From: Neophaeotheca triangularis
Taxonomy: Eukaryota
Direction: 5' to 3'
Length of the DNA: 64,000 bases
NCBI GenBank assembly: GCA_054600435.1
Contig: BAAIJX010000007.1
Location: forward strand, 496,001 to 560,000
Part shown: positions 11,779-23,112 of the stretch, one piece after another
How the letters are laid out: every line of letters begins with the position of its first letter
Numbering within the stretch: position 1 is the first letter of the stretch
Notes under the pieces: model-generated
Seen by the model: the letters and a program-made list of their open reading frames with translations, nothing else
Told to the model about the DNA's origin: nothing
The model's database searches: none
Made by a program: the position numbers and the translations under genes

Positions 11779-12154
11779 CTCTTTTGACAGACAGCTTCAA
11801 GACGTTAGTTGCATGGTCTGTGCTTCTTGGGGATATTCTGGGGAAAGATTCGAGTACAGAGGTATCTTAAAAGGTACCTTAACTTCATGGCATCAACCTT
11901 TGGGTGTTTAAACTGAATCGTGGACGAATGCGGTGAAATCATAGAACATTTTGCACCGAATGAAGGAAAACTCGGATGCTGCTGTGTAATGTACGGATTC
12001 ACTCCGGGTCTAACCTCGACCAAGCGATCCGATAGAGCTCCTTGGTCCATGGTAGTATATATGGCTTCTATACATATATCAAGCGATTAAAGTCGGATCG
12101 AGCCAGTCCACTGTCTCCGTCCGTCATCAAGCAACCCATATCGACGGTGACTCT

Positions 12155-15090
12155 CTAACTGCTCATCTTAGTAAAAACAAAGCCAATTCTTCGCCCATCC
12201 TCCTGAATAACTTTCCGAAGAGCAACATCCTCAATAGCATCATCGACCAGACTCCTCTTCGGAACCAGAACCTTATCCTCTTCCCCGTCTACGGGAGAAC
12301 CAATCATACTGGCATCGGGGGTAGCCTCATCGGCAAGAGCAGTGTCGAAATGCGTGTACATCATAAGACTCAACATTTTGGTATTGCCGTCCGAGTCCTT
12401 GCACTCCCTAGCTTTGCGGAACGCCGCCTCCTGCTTTTCGACATCCCATTGACTGCCCTTGACAAATCTGTTTTGCGTAGGAGGTGGTGCATCGTCGTCC
12501 GCCATGTTCACGTACTCGATATCGTTGTCCGTGCTCGCGTCGTTCAGCGATGCCAGGTCGTTTCGTTCAGGCGCTATATCCTCGCATGGGTCAAGAGCGG
12601 GCATGCCTCTTCCGCCGCAAGGACAGGATAAGAGTTTATGCGTCTGGCAGTCGTCACTTTCATCCAAACGAAACAGGTCGCGGAGTTCTTCCGGGCTGAA
12701 GCCGCTGACGCCGTTTTTGCCGTCGACGATACTGTCCGCCAGACCAGTCTTGCTGATTTGACGTTGGAAGATTTTCTCTTCGAGCGCGCCTTGTGTGACC
12801 AAGCGATAGATAAAGCACGGCCTCTTCTGCCCGTCGCGATGCACTCGAGCCATGGCTTGGAGGTCGGTCGCTGGATTCCAATCAAGATCGTACAGTACTA
12901 ATCTGGACGCGCCGATGAGGTTGAGTCCTGTACCGCCGGCCTTTGCTGATAGCAGGAAGACAAATGAGTTGTTTGGAGGGGAGCGGTTGAACCTGTCAAC
13001 CAGGTCTTGACGCTTGGCGGGAGGAGTTGAGCCATCGAGACGCAAGTACTTATAGCCTAGAGAAGTGAGCAGGCCTGCCAGAACGTCCATGGTCGAAGTG
13101 TAGTTGCTGACCAGTACTACCTTCTCATCTGTGGTGGTTCGAATGAGATGGAGTAGCGAGTCTAGCACCTGCAGTTTGCCGCTCGCACCAGGAGATTTGA
13201 GTAAAGCATTTGGTAATCCTTCCAGAAGCCCAGGCTTCGTGGTTTCTTCCCCTTTGTCGCCTTTTTTGAGCAGCAAATTCGGGCTGTTACACACCTTCTT
13301 CAACACGTTGATTAACTCCAGGGTCAGCGAACCAGCACTAAGGGCAGCACTGAACGTTGGAGTTTCGACAATGCCACGGTAGACGGTCGCCTGGGCCTTG
13401 GTCGGACGGCAGAAGACGACGTACTCCGTCTTTGGTGGCAAATATTTGGATAAAATCTCAGCCGTCCTCCTCAAGATGAACATGCCTGTGATGCTGGCGA
13501 GCTCTTCGCTCCGAGCCTCACCCTTTTCGATTTCCTTTTGCGACGTACCCGGCTGGCGACTCTTCAAGATGGGCGTCTCAAACTCCCGCCTGAAAGTCGT
13601 ATACTTATTGAGGAGACCAGGATTGACAAAGTCGACCATAGTCCAGAACTCAGCGAGGTCGTTCTGGATCGGTGTGCCGCTGAGTATGACTCTCCGCTCA
13701 GTGTTTAACGATTTGATCGCCATTGCTGACTTGTTCTGGGCGGTTTTCAAGCGATGGCCTTCGTCTGCTATCACAATATCGATCCCGGAGCCTTTTTGAA
13801 GATCGCCTTGAATGGTTCGAAGCTTCTCGTAACCGACAATCATCACGCTGTACGCTTTGCCCATGGTGAAGTCCGTCAGCCTGGTTTTGGTGTTCTCAGC
13901 TACGAAGACTCCCACTCGCTCGTTTCCAAGCCATTTGCGAAACTCCTTCTTCCAGTTGTTGATCAAGGTTACTGGGCAAACGATCAAAGCCTTCTTAATC
14001 ACCGGGGCATCTTCGTATATCGGGCTCTGCTTCAGGAGCGTCCATAGTAACGCAATCGTTTGCAGGGTCTTGCCCAGACCCATCTCGTCGGCAAGAATGG
14101 CGCCTTCTCCGTCGTAGTCTTTCATGCCCATGACGCATTCATACATGAAGGCAACACCCGCACGTTGGTGCTCTCGCAAGTTCTTGGTCAGCATGGGATC
14201 CACCACCACATCTACGAGCCGTTTTCCTTTGGAAACGCTGGCAGGTCGCTTCATCACAAGTGCATTCTCGGCATTCGGGTTATGCCGTGGGATTGGGACC
14301 TTTGCGTCCTTGGTGGCGGTCTGAACAGTATTGTTGAGCAGAGGGGTCCTGAATGCAGATTTGGTCGCCTTGCTGGTGGCCACTGTAGGTACGAGTCGCT
14401 CTTTCTGCGTTGAGGCGAGCTTATCGTGTCTTTCCCTCTGCTTGATAGTTGATTTGGCTTCTGGATCTGTCTCCTGTAAGGTAAGAGGAGCAGACTTCAT
14501 GTTGCCAAGGAATGGCCGTCCGGCAAGAAAATCGGCTTTGGGTATCATAGCCTCTATTTCGACATCTTTGCCCCCAACAGATAGCTCGGATCCTACCATC
14601 AAAGGGCCTTTACAAGCCGTGCGACCCATCGAACGGCCAGATATATCTTGAAGGGTGGCGTTGCCACCGGATACTGAGAGGACGCCATCTCCGTCCCAGG
14701 TCTTGTTCTTCTTAGTTGTGAATTTGCGCCTATCACTGTTGAGTACAACTTCTTGGAGTATGGCAAGTGTGCAACAAACCATAGTACTGTGAAGTACCCT
14801 TCAAAGCCTCCTGCGCCTGTTGAAGTTTGGGATGACTTTTCGCTGGACGGGTTATGTACTTGATCAAGTGGTTTTCGGGGGGGATGCGGTCTAAATGTTT
14901 TGGCAGGCTTCGCTTTTGGCTGTTTGACCAAGTTCGCTGCGGCATACACTGCCTCGATGTGATCGCTGTCGTCCGGGTCTTCGCTGATTCGCCGTTTCTT
15001 TGGGGGTGGCTCACTTGAATGCTGTGGTGTAGGGGCAGCGGCGTTCGCCTTGGGCTTTCCCACCAATGTAGGCGGTCTGAAAGGCTTCAT
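12155..15090 (-). CDS. RDH54: SNF2-family DNA translocase Rdh54/Rad54B
   Basis: ATG 15090, intron 14779-14730. N-terminal WRKFTTKKNKTWDGDG motif typical of Rdh54/Rad54B. Helicase motifs ILADEMGLGKT, DEGHRLK, SGTPIQNDL, RLDGST, DWNPATDLQAMARVHRDGQ. Confidence 0.92.
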
Positions 15091-15149
15091 TACCTAGGTC
15101 TGGATTGCGAAGCTGTTCAACAAGGTCGTCTCGAAGGTTTTGTGGAATA

Positions 15150-15350
15150 TCGCGATGATATTGGCAGAGTTCGGAGACAATACCTATACGCGTACATGGA
15201 CAACGCGCTGCAACGCGATGTCACGTGCGAACCATCAGGTGGATACGCCAAGGCTTAATAATAAGCGGCAATTGCCCAAAGCGCGGTTGCTGTGCATCGT
15301 TAGTGTAAGTAAACATTGGGGGCGGCTTCAAAGTACACGGCCGATAAACA
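15150..15350. promoter_or_regulatory. Bidirectional promoter with clustered MCB-like (ACGCG) and forkhead-like (RTAAACA) sites
   Basis: ACGCGT 15188-15193, ACGCGC 15203-15208, ACGCGA 15213-15218, further CGCG cores near 15151 and 15282, GTAAACA near 15309 and ATAAACA near 15344, all in the 331-bp gap between divergent ATGs. Confidence 0.65.
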
Positions 15351-15421
15351 CGCCTTTACATTTCCAACAACGACAATTCTTGGGTATCGCAACTGCAGTC
15401 CGCACTTGGAAAAGGCGCACA

Positions 15422-17523
15422 ATGGAACCGCCAACTACATTTAAATTCCCCGGCGAGCCAGCCAGCGCACACTCCCCAAGACGCTCAAATGGCACGCGAC
15501 CCGCAGCATCAACAACAACATCATCTCCCTCCAAAGAATCACGGCGCGAACGTAGTGAAGCTTCCACAGGCAGCCCGCCACGAGAATCTTCGCCTTCACC
15601 TTCGCCTTCGCGCAAAACGAATCTCTTCGCCGATTATCACCCAGTCTCCCCATCGAAAGCATCCAGTTCTGGCTTCGTCCTTCCGCAATCGCCGTCGATG
15701 CCGGAAATCCACGCCATGCGCGGCCACGGCTACACTAACAGTGATGTGCAAGGCCTCGTCAAACGATTCGAGCATTTGGATGTCCGCGATCGCGATGCTG
15801 AGAGTGCTGAGCGTCGGCGGAGACACGAGGCGGAGTTGCGGAGGGCACATATTGCGAGGGAGGAAGCTGAGAGCGATTGTCGCAGGTATAGGGAAGAGTT
15901 GAGGAGTTACAGAAAGGATCAGGACGAAAGTCGAGAGCGGGAGCGAAAGGTCGCGAAGAGGTTGGAGGCTGTTATGGTGAGTTGACAGCGTGAGTGTCAA
16001 ACGATGTTTAGCTTCGAGTGCTGATCAATTTCCTACAGGAGGAGTATTCTCGACACAAAGAACAGCATGCTTCCCAAAATTCGATTTACGAGAAGGAGGT
16101 CCGCAAGGCGAGAAAAGAGGCTTTCAAGTCTTCATCAGCGGTGCTAAAGCTCCAAGAGGAGCTAAAGTCAACGCGCAATAGCCTGCGCATCACTCAGAGC
16201 GGGTTCGAGGCGAACAAGCAGAAGGTGCAGCAACGGGAGCAGGAGACATTCGAAGCGCAATACCAGTTGGTTGCCGTACAAGAAGAGCTAGAGAAGCTCA
16301 AACAAACGATGAAGATCGTAGAGGAGGAAGCGCAAGCATTGAAGACGAGCCTGAAGGAGGAAGAAGTTGCGCGTATCGCGGCGGAAGGGCGGATAGCTTT
16401 GCCTGCCGCACCGGCCGATGAGGACGAACTCCAACCAAGCCCACGAAAAGCGTCACCGAAAAAGCGTAGTCCGAGTCCACTTTCTGACGACAAGGAGAAT
16501 GTGCACGCACTACCGAAGAAACATCCGGAGACCAAGGCGCTCGAGGAGCAATTGCTCAGGCAGAAGAGGCGTTTGCAGGAGGCCGAAGAGATTGTCAGCT
16601 TCATGCGCATGGAGTGCCAGTTCCGTTGCTGTGCTTGCAGGACAGGCGAACCGCACGGTCAGGACTACTTCCACGCTAGCGGCCTGGTGATGGAAGAACA
16701 AATGGCACGCATCAAGGCCGACATGGCAAGCTTCTTATCGCCACCAGCCAGTGTTTATGAGCAGGAAGGCATGGAAATTGACGCTCAACCCGAGCCCTTT
16801 CAAGACGAGCAGCAAGAAACTGCTTCTCAAGTCAACCAGTTCTCACGGGACGAGTCCACACAAGACCAACAACCTGAGCAAGAGCCCTCCAATATCGAAC
16901 CGGACCCAAACCAGCACATGACTGTGGCGGAAGGCGAAGCAGCAAGCGAGCAAAACCGAAACATACAGCAAGAAGCAGAGGAAGAGGTATTACAAGCACC
17001 CCAACAAACACCCTCGCACCCAACCACCTCTTCCAGCGGGGAAATCCCAATCAACGACAACGAAACAGCGATCGAAGACGCCCCCATAACCCCACCCCAA
17101 CACCGCACCTCCCAACGCCCCCACCACTCCATCCGCACCATCACAACCACGACCACAATCCCAACCCACTTCAACACGCCCTCCCACAAACCCCCACCCA
17201 TTTCCCTAACCAACGGGAACGAGCAAGAGAACATCGACCCCGACCCCTCAGCCCCGCAGCAGCAGCAGCAGCAGCAGCAAGGCTTCGACCGCGCAGCCGC
17301 TCTCGCAGCTATCCAATACCGTCGCGGTCGCGCCAAGAGTATCGCAGACGGCCATTTGACGCCGCGCAAGCAGATGATGGAGGGGGCGAATTTGAAGGAG
17401 CGGAGGGATGTCAGCGCGCCCGCGCTCGGTGGCAAGAATGCCGGAGTGGGAGTTGGGTATGGAGGTTTCGGGAGAGGCGGGGGTGGGAGTGTGGGCAGGA
17501 GTGGGAGGGGGAGGATGGGGTGA
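15422..17523 (+). CDS. Uncharacterised coiled-coil protein with Cys cluster, KEN box and CDK consensus sites
   Basis: ATG 15422; intron 15977-16038 joins two ORFs in frame. Long heptad-rich region, MECQFRCCAC, DDKENV, SPRK/SPKK/TPRK, polyQ and Gly/Arg tail. Confidence 0.8.
17257..17280 (+). repeat. (CAG)7CAA encoding Q8
   Basis: Read directly from the sequence. Confidence 0.9.
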
Positions 17524-18724
17524 GCAAGAAGCGCGTGAAGGGACGCGGTTGCTTCGAGATTGGTAGGATGGGTTTGCTTGCTTGTGGGGAAAGGCTTTCT
17601 CAGAGCGTGCTTGGCCCTGGTGGAATCGAGGTCGAGGGTAAGGCGTCGGTGCGGGTGTCTGGCGAACTGTTTCAGGGACGGGGATCTTCTGGTTTCCCGG
17701 CTCTGTTTTGTCTGCTTCTCGCGGTACAAAAAGGGTACCAACAGGATGGCTGCGCTTTGTCTCTGCCGCTCTATACCACTTTTTGCGGCTTTTTGGCGTT
17801 TGCTGTTTCAAATCGATAAAGAAAAAACCAGGAGACGCCGGACTTGCTTGATGCTGATGGTTTCCAGTCGATTAATAACTCGTGTAATTGATTTTTCGTC
17901 GGACTGGCTACTTCAAAGCTTTGGGGGAAAGGTCATTGTAGTACTGAGGTGAGGGTAGGTACCTGGGTGTGCGTAGTAGCGTTGTGGTGAGAGGTAAGGA
18001 CAGGAGCATTGGGGTACTTTGTGTAGGTACATCAAGGTACTTTACCTATATATATGTGACGGGCGAAGCAAAGCTTCATCTATGGCATCCCCCCTCCCCC
18101 CTCCCCCCTCCCGCCGGTTTCGCTTTCTTGCAAGCTGTCGAAGGCTGCTCACTGCCTTGGACCATCAATCTTCTAGCTTTGGTCGTTTCTATTAAGCAGG
18201 GAAGGAGCGACGAGCCGAGCGAGTGATGACCCCCCTTTTTTTTCTCTTTTCTGCAAAGAGCTAAGGTAAGGAATGGATCTATCTTGCTTAGGCTCTATAT
18301 ACGTGTTTGAGCAGATGCGCTCTAGGTGCCCACGGGTCGCAACACTACCTAGGTACTGTACATGCGTACATACCTCTTATACGTCTCCGATAGATGTGCT
18401 CACTTCCACTTTGGGTGTATCTGCTCTGTCTGCTTGTTGATGCCGATATGCGTTCGTTCCTCGAATATGGCTTTCATAAGGTAAATCGTCCCGTGACTCA
18501 AGTCAAGGCAATGGAACGTATGGTCGACAACAAAGACAACACACGCACCACCAACGCCAACCCCGCTAATCCAGCAAAGCCTCCTCGCTCATGCAGTCGT
18601 AGATACATGGGGAAAAAGAAAATTGAAACACGCGCATCCGCACGAGAACCACCTTCAGTGGTCCACCCTCTCTCACCTCGATCAAGAACAAACCCAATTC
18701 CCCTTCCATCCGATTCCCCACATT

Positions 18725-19672
18725 CTAAGGACTAGTAACAAAAGGCCGACTCAACCTCCTCTCCCCCCTAGCATCCGCGCTACTGACCCCACCCAACCGC
18801 CTCCACATTCCCACATGCCGGATACCTTCCTCGTCCCACTCGCCCATCCCCCCATCAACCTCGAACCCATACCGCTTCCACACCTTCTGCACGCCGAGTT
18901 GCGAATGCACCAGCACCAAACCCCTCCACGCCAAATCCAGACCCCCGCCCACCGTTCCCGCGCCACCTAGGCTGTAATTGCTCAGGCTGAGCCCGCTGCG
19001 GCCGACGGCCTCTTGTTTCAGTGCTTCTAGAGTGTGTGGGGCGTAACGCGGGACGAACTCCCATGGGTTCTGGCGCGCGAAGGATAGGGCCGTGTCGATT
19101 AGGAGTCGCGAGATGCCAGCTTTGCGGAAGGGAGGGATTACGGCAAGGCGGCCGAGTTTGATGTAGGGTTCTAGGCCGTCGTGGAAGGTGGTTTCCGGGG
19201 AGAGGTTTTTGACATTGCTGTTGGGGTCGGTGTCGAGGGCGTCGGCTTTGTGGGTCGTGTCGGGTTGCGGGTGTGGGGGATGGGGTGGGGGAACCAGGCG
19301 GATGGTGCCGACGGGGATTTTGGTGCTGGTGCTGCTTTTGCGGTTGATGGAGGAGGCGGTGCTGTCTTTACGGTCGGTTGTGGCTTCGACGGGATCGGCG
19401 AGCGCACTGTTGCCGATGGAGGCGTAGGCGACCCAGTGGAAACTGCGGGCGTCGTCTTCGTCGAATTCGTTCTCGAGGGGGATTTGTTGTTCGCGTACGT
19501 AGACTTCTTCGCGCACAACCATGCAGTCTATGAAGCCTTGCGGGATGGCTTTGTGGGGTTCGGCGGCGTCGTTGTCGGGTTGGTTGTGTGGGGGTTGTGA
19601 GGGGTTGTAGAGATTGATACGGTCGCCCAAGGGAGAGATGCGGTCGACAAAGTCGGAGTGAGTAGAGGCCAT
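18725..19672 (-). CDS. GNAT-family acetyltransferase
   Basis: VREEVYVREQQIPLENEFDEDD, VGTIRL, KLGRLAVIPPFRKAGISRLL (acetyl-CoA motif A), VHSQ...WKRYGF...DEEGIRHVGM (ElaA/YjcF-like pattern). Confidence 0.85.
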   Translation of the reverse strand: MASTHSDFVDRISPLGDRINLYNPSQPPHNQPDNDAAEPHKAIPQGFIDCMVVREEVYVREQQIPLENEFDEDDARSFHWVAYASIGNSALADPVEATTDRKDSTASSINRKSSTSTKIPVGTIRLVPPPHPPHPQPDTTHKADALDTDPNSNVKNLSPETTFHDGLEPYIKLGRLAVIPPFRKAGISRLLIDTALSFARQNPWEFVPRYAPHTLEALKQEAVGRSGLSLSNYSLGGAGTVGGGLDLAWRGLVLVHSQLGVQKVWKRYGFEVDGGMGEWDEEGIRHVGMWRRLGGVSSADARGERRLSRPFVTSP

Positions 19673-19890
19673 GCTTGCGAAGGAGTGTATGTAGTAGTCT
19701 GAATGGTGGTTGGCTCGGACTACTTGCTGTTATCGCTTAAAGAGGAAGGCAGGTTGCTGATGGACTAGTAGAGCTCGGCTTGTACAGACTTGAAGGGGGT
19801 GCGTGGTGATTGTTTGTCGTTGGTGTTAGCACAGCAAGTGAAAGTGAGAAAAAAGAATGGAAGTAAAGAGAAGGAAGAGCAGTGGAGTGA

Positions 19891-19920
19891 AGTACAGTAC
19901 AGTACAGTACAGTACAGTAG
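19891..19920. repeat. (AGTAC)5-6 microsatellite
   Basis: agtacagtacagtacagtacagtacagtag. Confidence 0.9.
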
Positions 19921-20895
19921 GTAAGAAGGTATGAAGGTAGGTAGGTAGGAGATAGCTTGGCCGTGGTAGCCTACCTAAGGTACATACAACATACATACTA
20001 GTATGTAGCTAGGGCATAGACAGTACAGTAGTATCCTAGTAGCAGTGCAGTAGGAGGTAGCTACCTAGCCAGGTTAGGTAAGCAAAGCAAATGGAAGCAG
20101 TTGCATCATCCTACCTTACTTCTCTTCGAAGCCCGAGCCTTGGCAGCAGTAGCCTAAAAGACAAGACAGCCTCGGAAGGGACGCCGCCAGCGCGAGCCAT
20201 CAAAGGGAACAGAAAAGAAGAAGAAAACCGAACCTAACAAATCAAGCTTGTCACGTAATAAATGGTACCTTAGGTCTTATTATTATTGTGTGAGAGGTGC
20301 AGGTGTGAGATGATCGTCGACCCCTCTCTCCTCCATGTACCCGACTTGGCGAGAAGCAGCCACAGTGCCGAGACTAGCCGCCAACGTCAACGCCAACGCC
20401 AACGCCACCGCCGCATCAGTCTGGAAGTCACCTCACCTACCCGGTACCTTACCTATTAGGTACAGGTACGTCTTGCTTTGGATCCATGCATGACTCCAAT
20501 CATGACAGTCTTGACCCGCAGGCCTCACCGGCGTTCGGTCCGTCGAGGCCGAGAGCAGTCTGTAGGTAAGTAGGTATTGGATGTCTTGCATTATTGACGT
20601 GGCTAGCTCCTATTATTCCTTCATCATCGCGTGCTAGTCAACGTACCTATGGCGTCAGGTGGTGGCACAATATCAACATGGTGCTCAGTGCAGTCACGAG
20701 AACTGCCCAAAATGTGGTGTGCTGTGCCGTAAAGGAGGCATTGCCCAGAGGGTACTACTAAGTGAAACCGAGATATGCCGCCCTCTCCATTTGCATGAGA
20801 TCCAATTACGTCCATACGCGACCTAGACAACAAAACCACGCACAAAAAAACAAGGGGTATATCGGTGCAACATCTCGCGAGCAGCGCAATCCCAG

Positions 20896-21995
20896 TCACC
20901 CCCTCATCCCCATCTCAATCTCCCTCCTCCTTGCCTCTCTCCCGGCCGCACTCTGCTCACCACCCACAACCCCCCTCCACACCCTATCCCACTCGGGCAA
21001 ATGCCTAGCCCTCCAACCCTCCAACCCCCTCCCCCTCTCCCCACTACTCCCACTCTCATACCCCGACCGCGTCGAGGGCGCATAAAAACCCCCAACCCCT
21101 CCCCTTGTACTAGCCGCTTCCTCATCGCCAGCCTCATGGCCCTGCCAGTCAATGTGGAAAGTGCTGGCGCCCGGATCTGGGGTCGGGGCTTGCTCGCGCT
21201 GCAACAGTAGCATGAGCATCTGCTGGCGTTGCATTTCCTCTTCGCTGATGCCGTGGGAGTCGTAGACGGTGTTGGCGTTGGGGTTGCCGGGTTCGTAAGT
21301 GCTCGGGTTGCAAGGGTTGTGCGTGTTGATGTGGTGTTGGCGTTGCGAGGTCGGGTACATGTTGCGGATGTAGTTGGAGTAGTAGGCCGAGTCTTGATAG
21401 GTGCTGCCGGGGGCGCTCATGCTGCTGAGACTTGCATGGCGGAGCGGTAAGCTGCTGGAAGTGCGATCGGGTTTGAATAGGGAGGCTCGAGTAGAGGTGG
21501 TGCTTGTTTTGCGGTGTGTGTAGATTAGTAGACCGCTGTAGATGATGGTTCCCACGGCTGCGGCGATGGTGTAGAGGAGCGCAGGCGTGTTCCAACTGTA
21601 GCGGTTGTTGGTTAGGAAGTCGTAGAAGATTGTGAGCAGGCCTAGCACGCTTGCGCACCAGGCTGGGAGGAAGACGTTGTCGGCTTGGGAGCTAGTTTCG
21701 CGGATTGCGAAGCACAAGAGGCCAGTGAGGGAGAGTCCAACGGCTAAAACTGCGACTCCGAAGATCCCTAGGGCGTTGCGAGGGACTCTTAGATCAGGTT
21801 CTTTTTCAAAAGTGCTTTGTAGCATGAGGAAACTGGGGACAGGTTGTCAGTATATACCTCGCACAGCTCGACCTGGGTCATAGCGAACCCTCCTAATATC
21901 ATGAAACTCGCTCCTATTCCCGCAGCTCTCCAGTACCATGCTACCTTCTCCTTCGTGCCATGGATATCGCTGTATGTTCCTGCGCGCGGTCGCAT
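20896..21995 (-). CDS. Hypothetical membrane protein, about 4 TM segments plus disordered cytosolic tail
   Basis: ATG 21995 (MRPRAGTYSDIHGTKEKVAWYWRAAGIGASFMILGG); intron 21888-21833 (GTTCGC...CAG) joins in frame to the 20896-21825 ORF. Four hydrophobic stretches, then ISEEEMQRQQMLMLLL. Start codon uncertain. Confidence 0.7.
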
Positions 21996-23112
21996 CGAGC
22001 CGCGCAGGCGCCATAACGCATCCACTCTGACGGCTTTGCTGGTATCCTATGCTGGTCTCGCACTGCGTCTCTTTCTAGACTCTATCGTACTAATGTGTCG
22101 CCTCGCGGTTACCGGCGCAACAGCTTCGGTGGCTAGCTTGTGTCCTATGTCGAGACTTGCGCACGGTACGCTGTTTTGTCTGTATGCACTCAACGGCCTG
22201 CCCCGGGACTGTGATTCTAGCGCGTATGATCACTTGTTCCGTCCTTGTCGGCGATTTGAGTAAGTCTAGTCGTTGTTTACAAGATCCCTCCAGTGCGGAA
22301 GGTCCACGGCCAAGATTACTCGAGTCCCGTCGTCGGGCAAGCTGTCGCCGAATCTTAATATTTTTCGCGGTAGATATCCGAGAGTCAGGAGTCCAAGGAA
22401 GCGTATAGGTCCAATAGAGAGAGTTGAGGAAAAGGGAAGAGAGATGGAGATGCGAGAAGTAGTACCACTTACCGTAGGTCAGCCACAATATGATACGGAG
22501 GCCGATCTTTGCAAGCTTCAGCCTCAGCCTACTCTATTTACCACACTACTGGCACTGTACTGTACCTTGTCGTCTGCACCGCCACGTACTCGTCGCAGCG
22601 CTGCGGCAACGGCCACGACCACGTAAAGACAGTCGTTGGCGTGTATCCAAGTCTCGACCGCAGGAAAGGCGACATTGAAATTGATGGTATGCGATAGGAC
22701 TAGTGTGTAGAAGTATTACATACATACCAGATCGGAATCCCTCGCGCTAGCCTCCACAACGGAAGTGGAGGAAAGCAGTGCTTGTCTGCTCTGCTTCCTT
22801 TTTCGGAACTTTCTTTCAGACTTCATCGTCAAAGTTTCGAGTAACTTGGGAACCCTACCAAGTCGACGTCACATCGTCTACCGCTGAACACATTGAAGAT
22901 TGACAGTTATTGGATGGCTCCGGGGTAGAGATTACGATACGAGTGGGAAAAGGCGGCGTGAGATTCGGCCCAAAAGCCATTCGGGACAGAGCAATTACCT
23001 CTGGCAAACGACACTTTCCTTGCCAGAATCAACCATCGTCTCACAGGACTATATTCATTCCTTACAAAATCTTCAAATCCCGTTATCACGACTGGAGAAA
23101 TCACAGCCTATC

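Noticed and set aside
12155..15090. SAD-6-like helicase forming a meiotic-silencing cluster with the RRM gene
   Set aside because: The N-terminal KTWDGDG motif indicates Rdh54/Rad54B, and the genes are over 40 kb apart with unrelated genes between.
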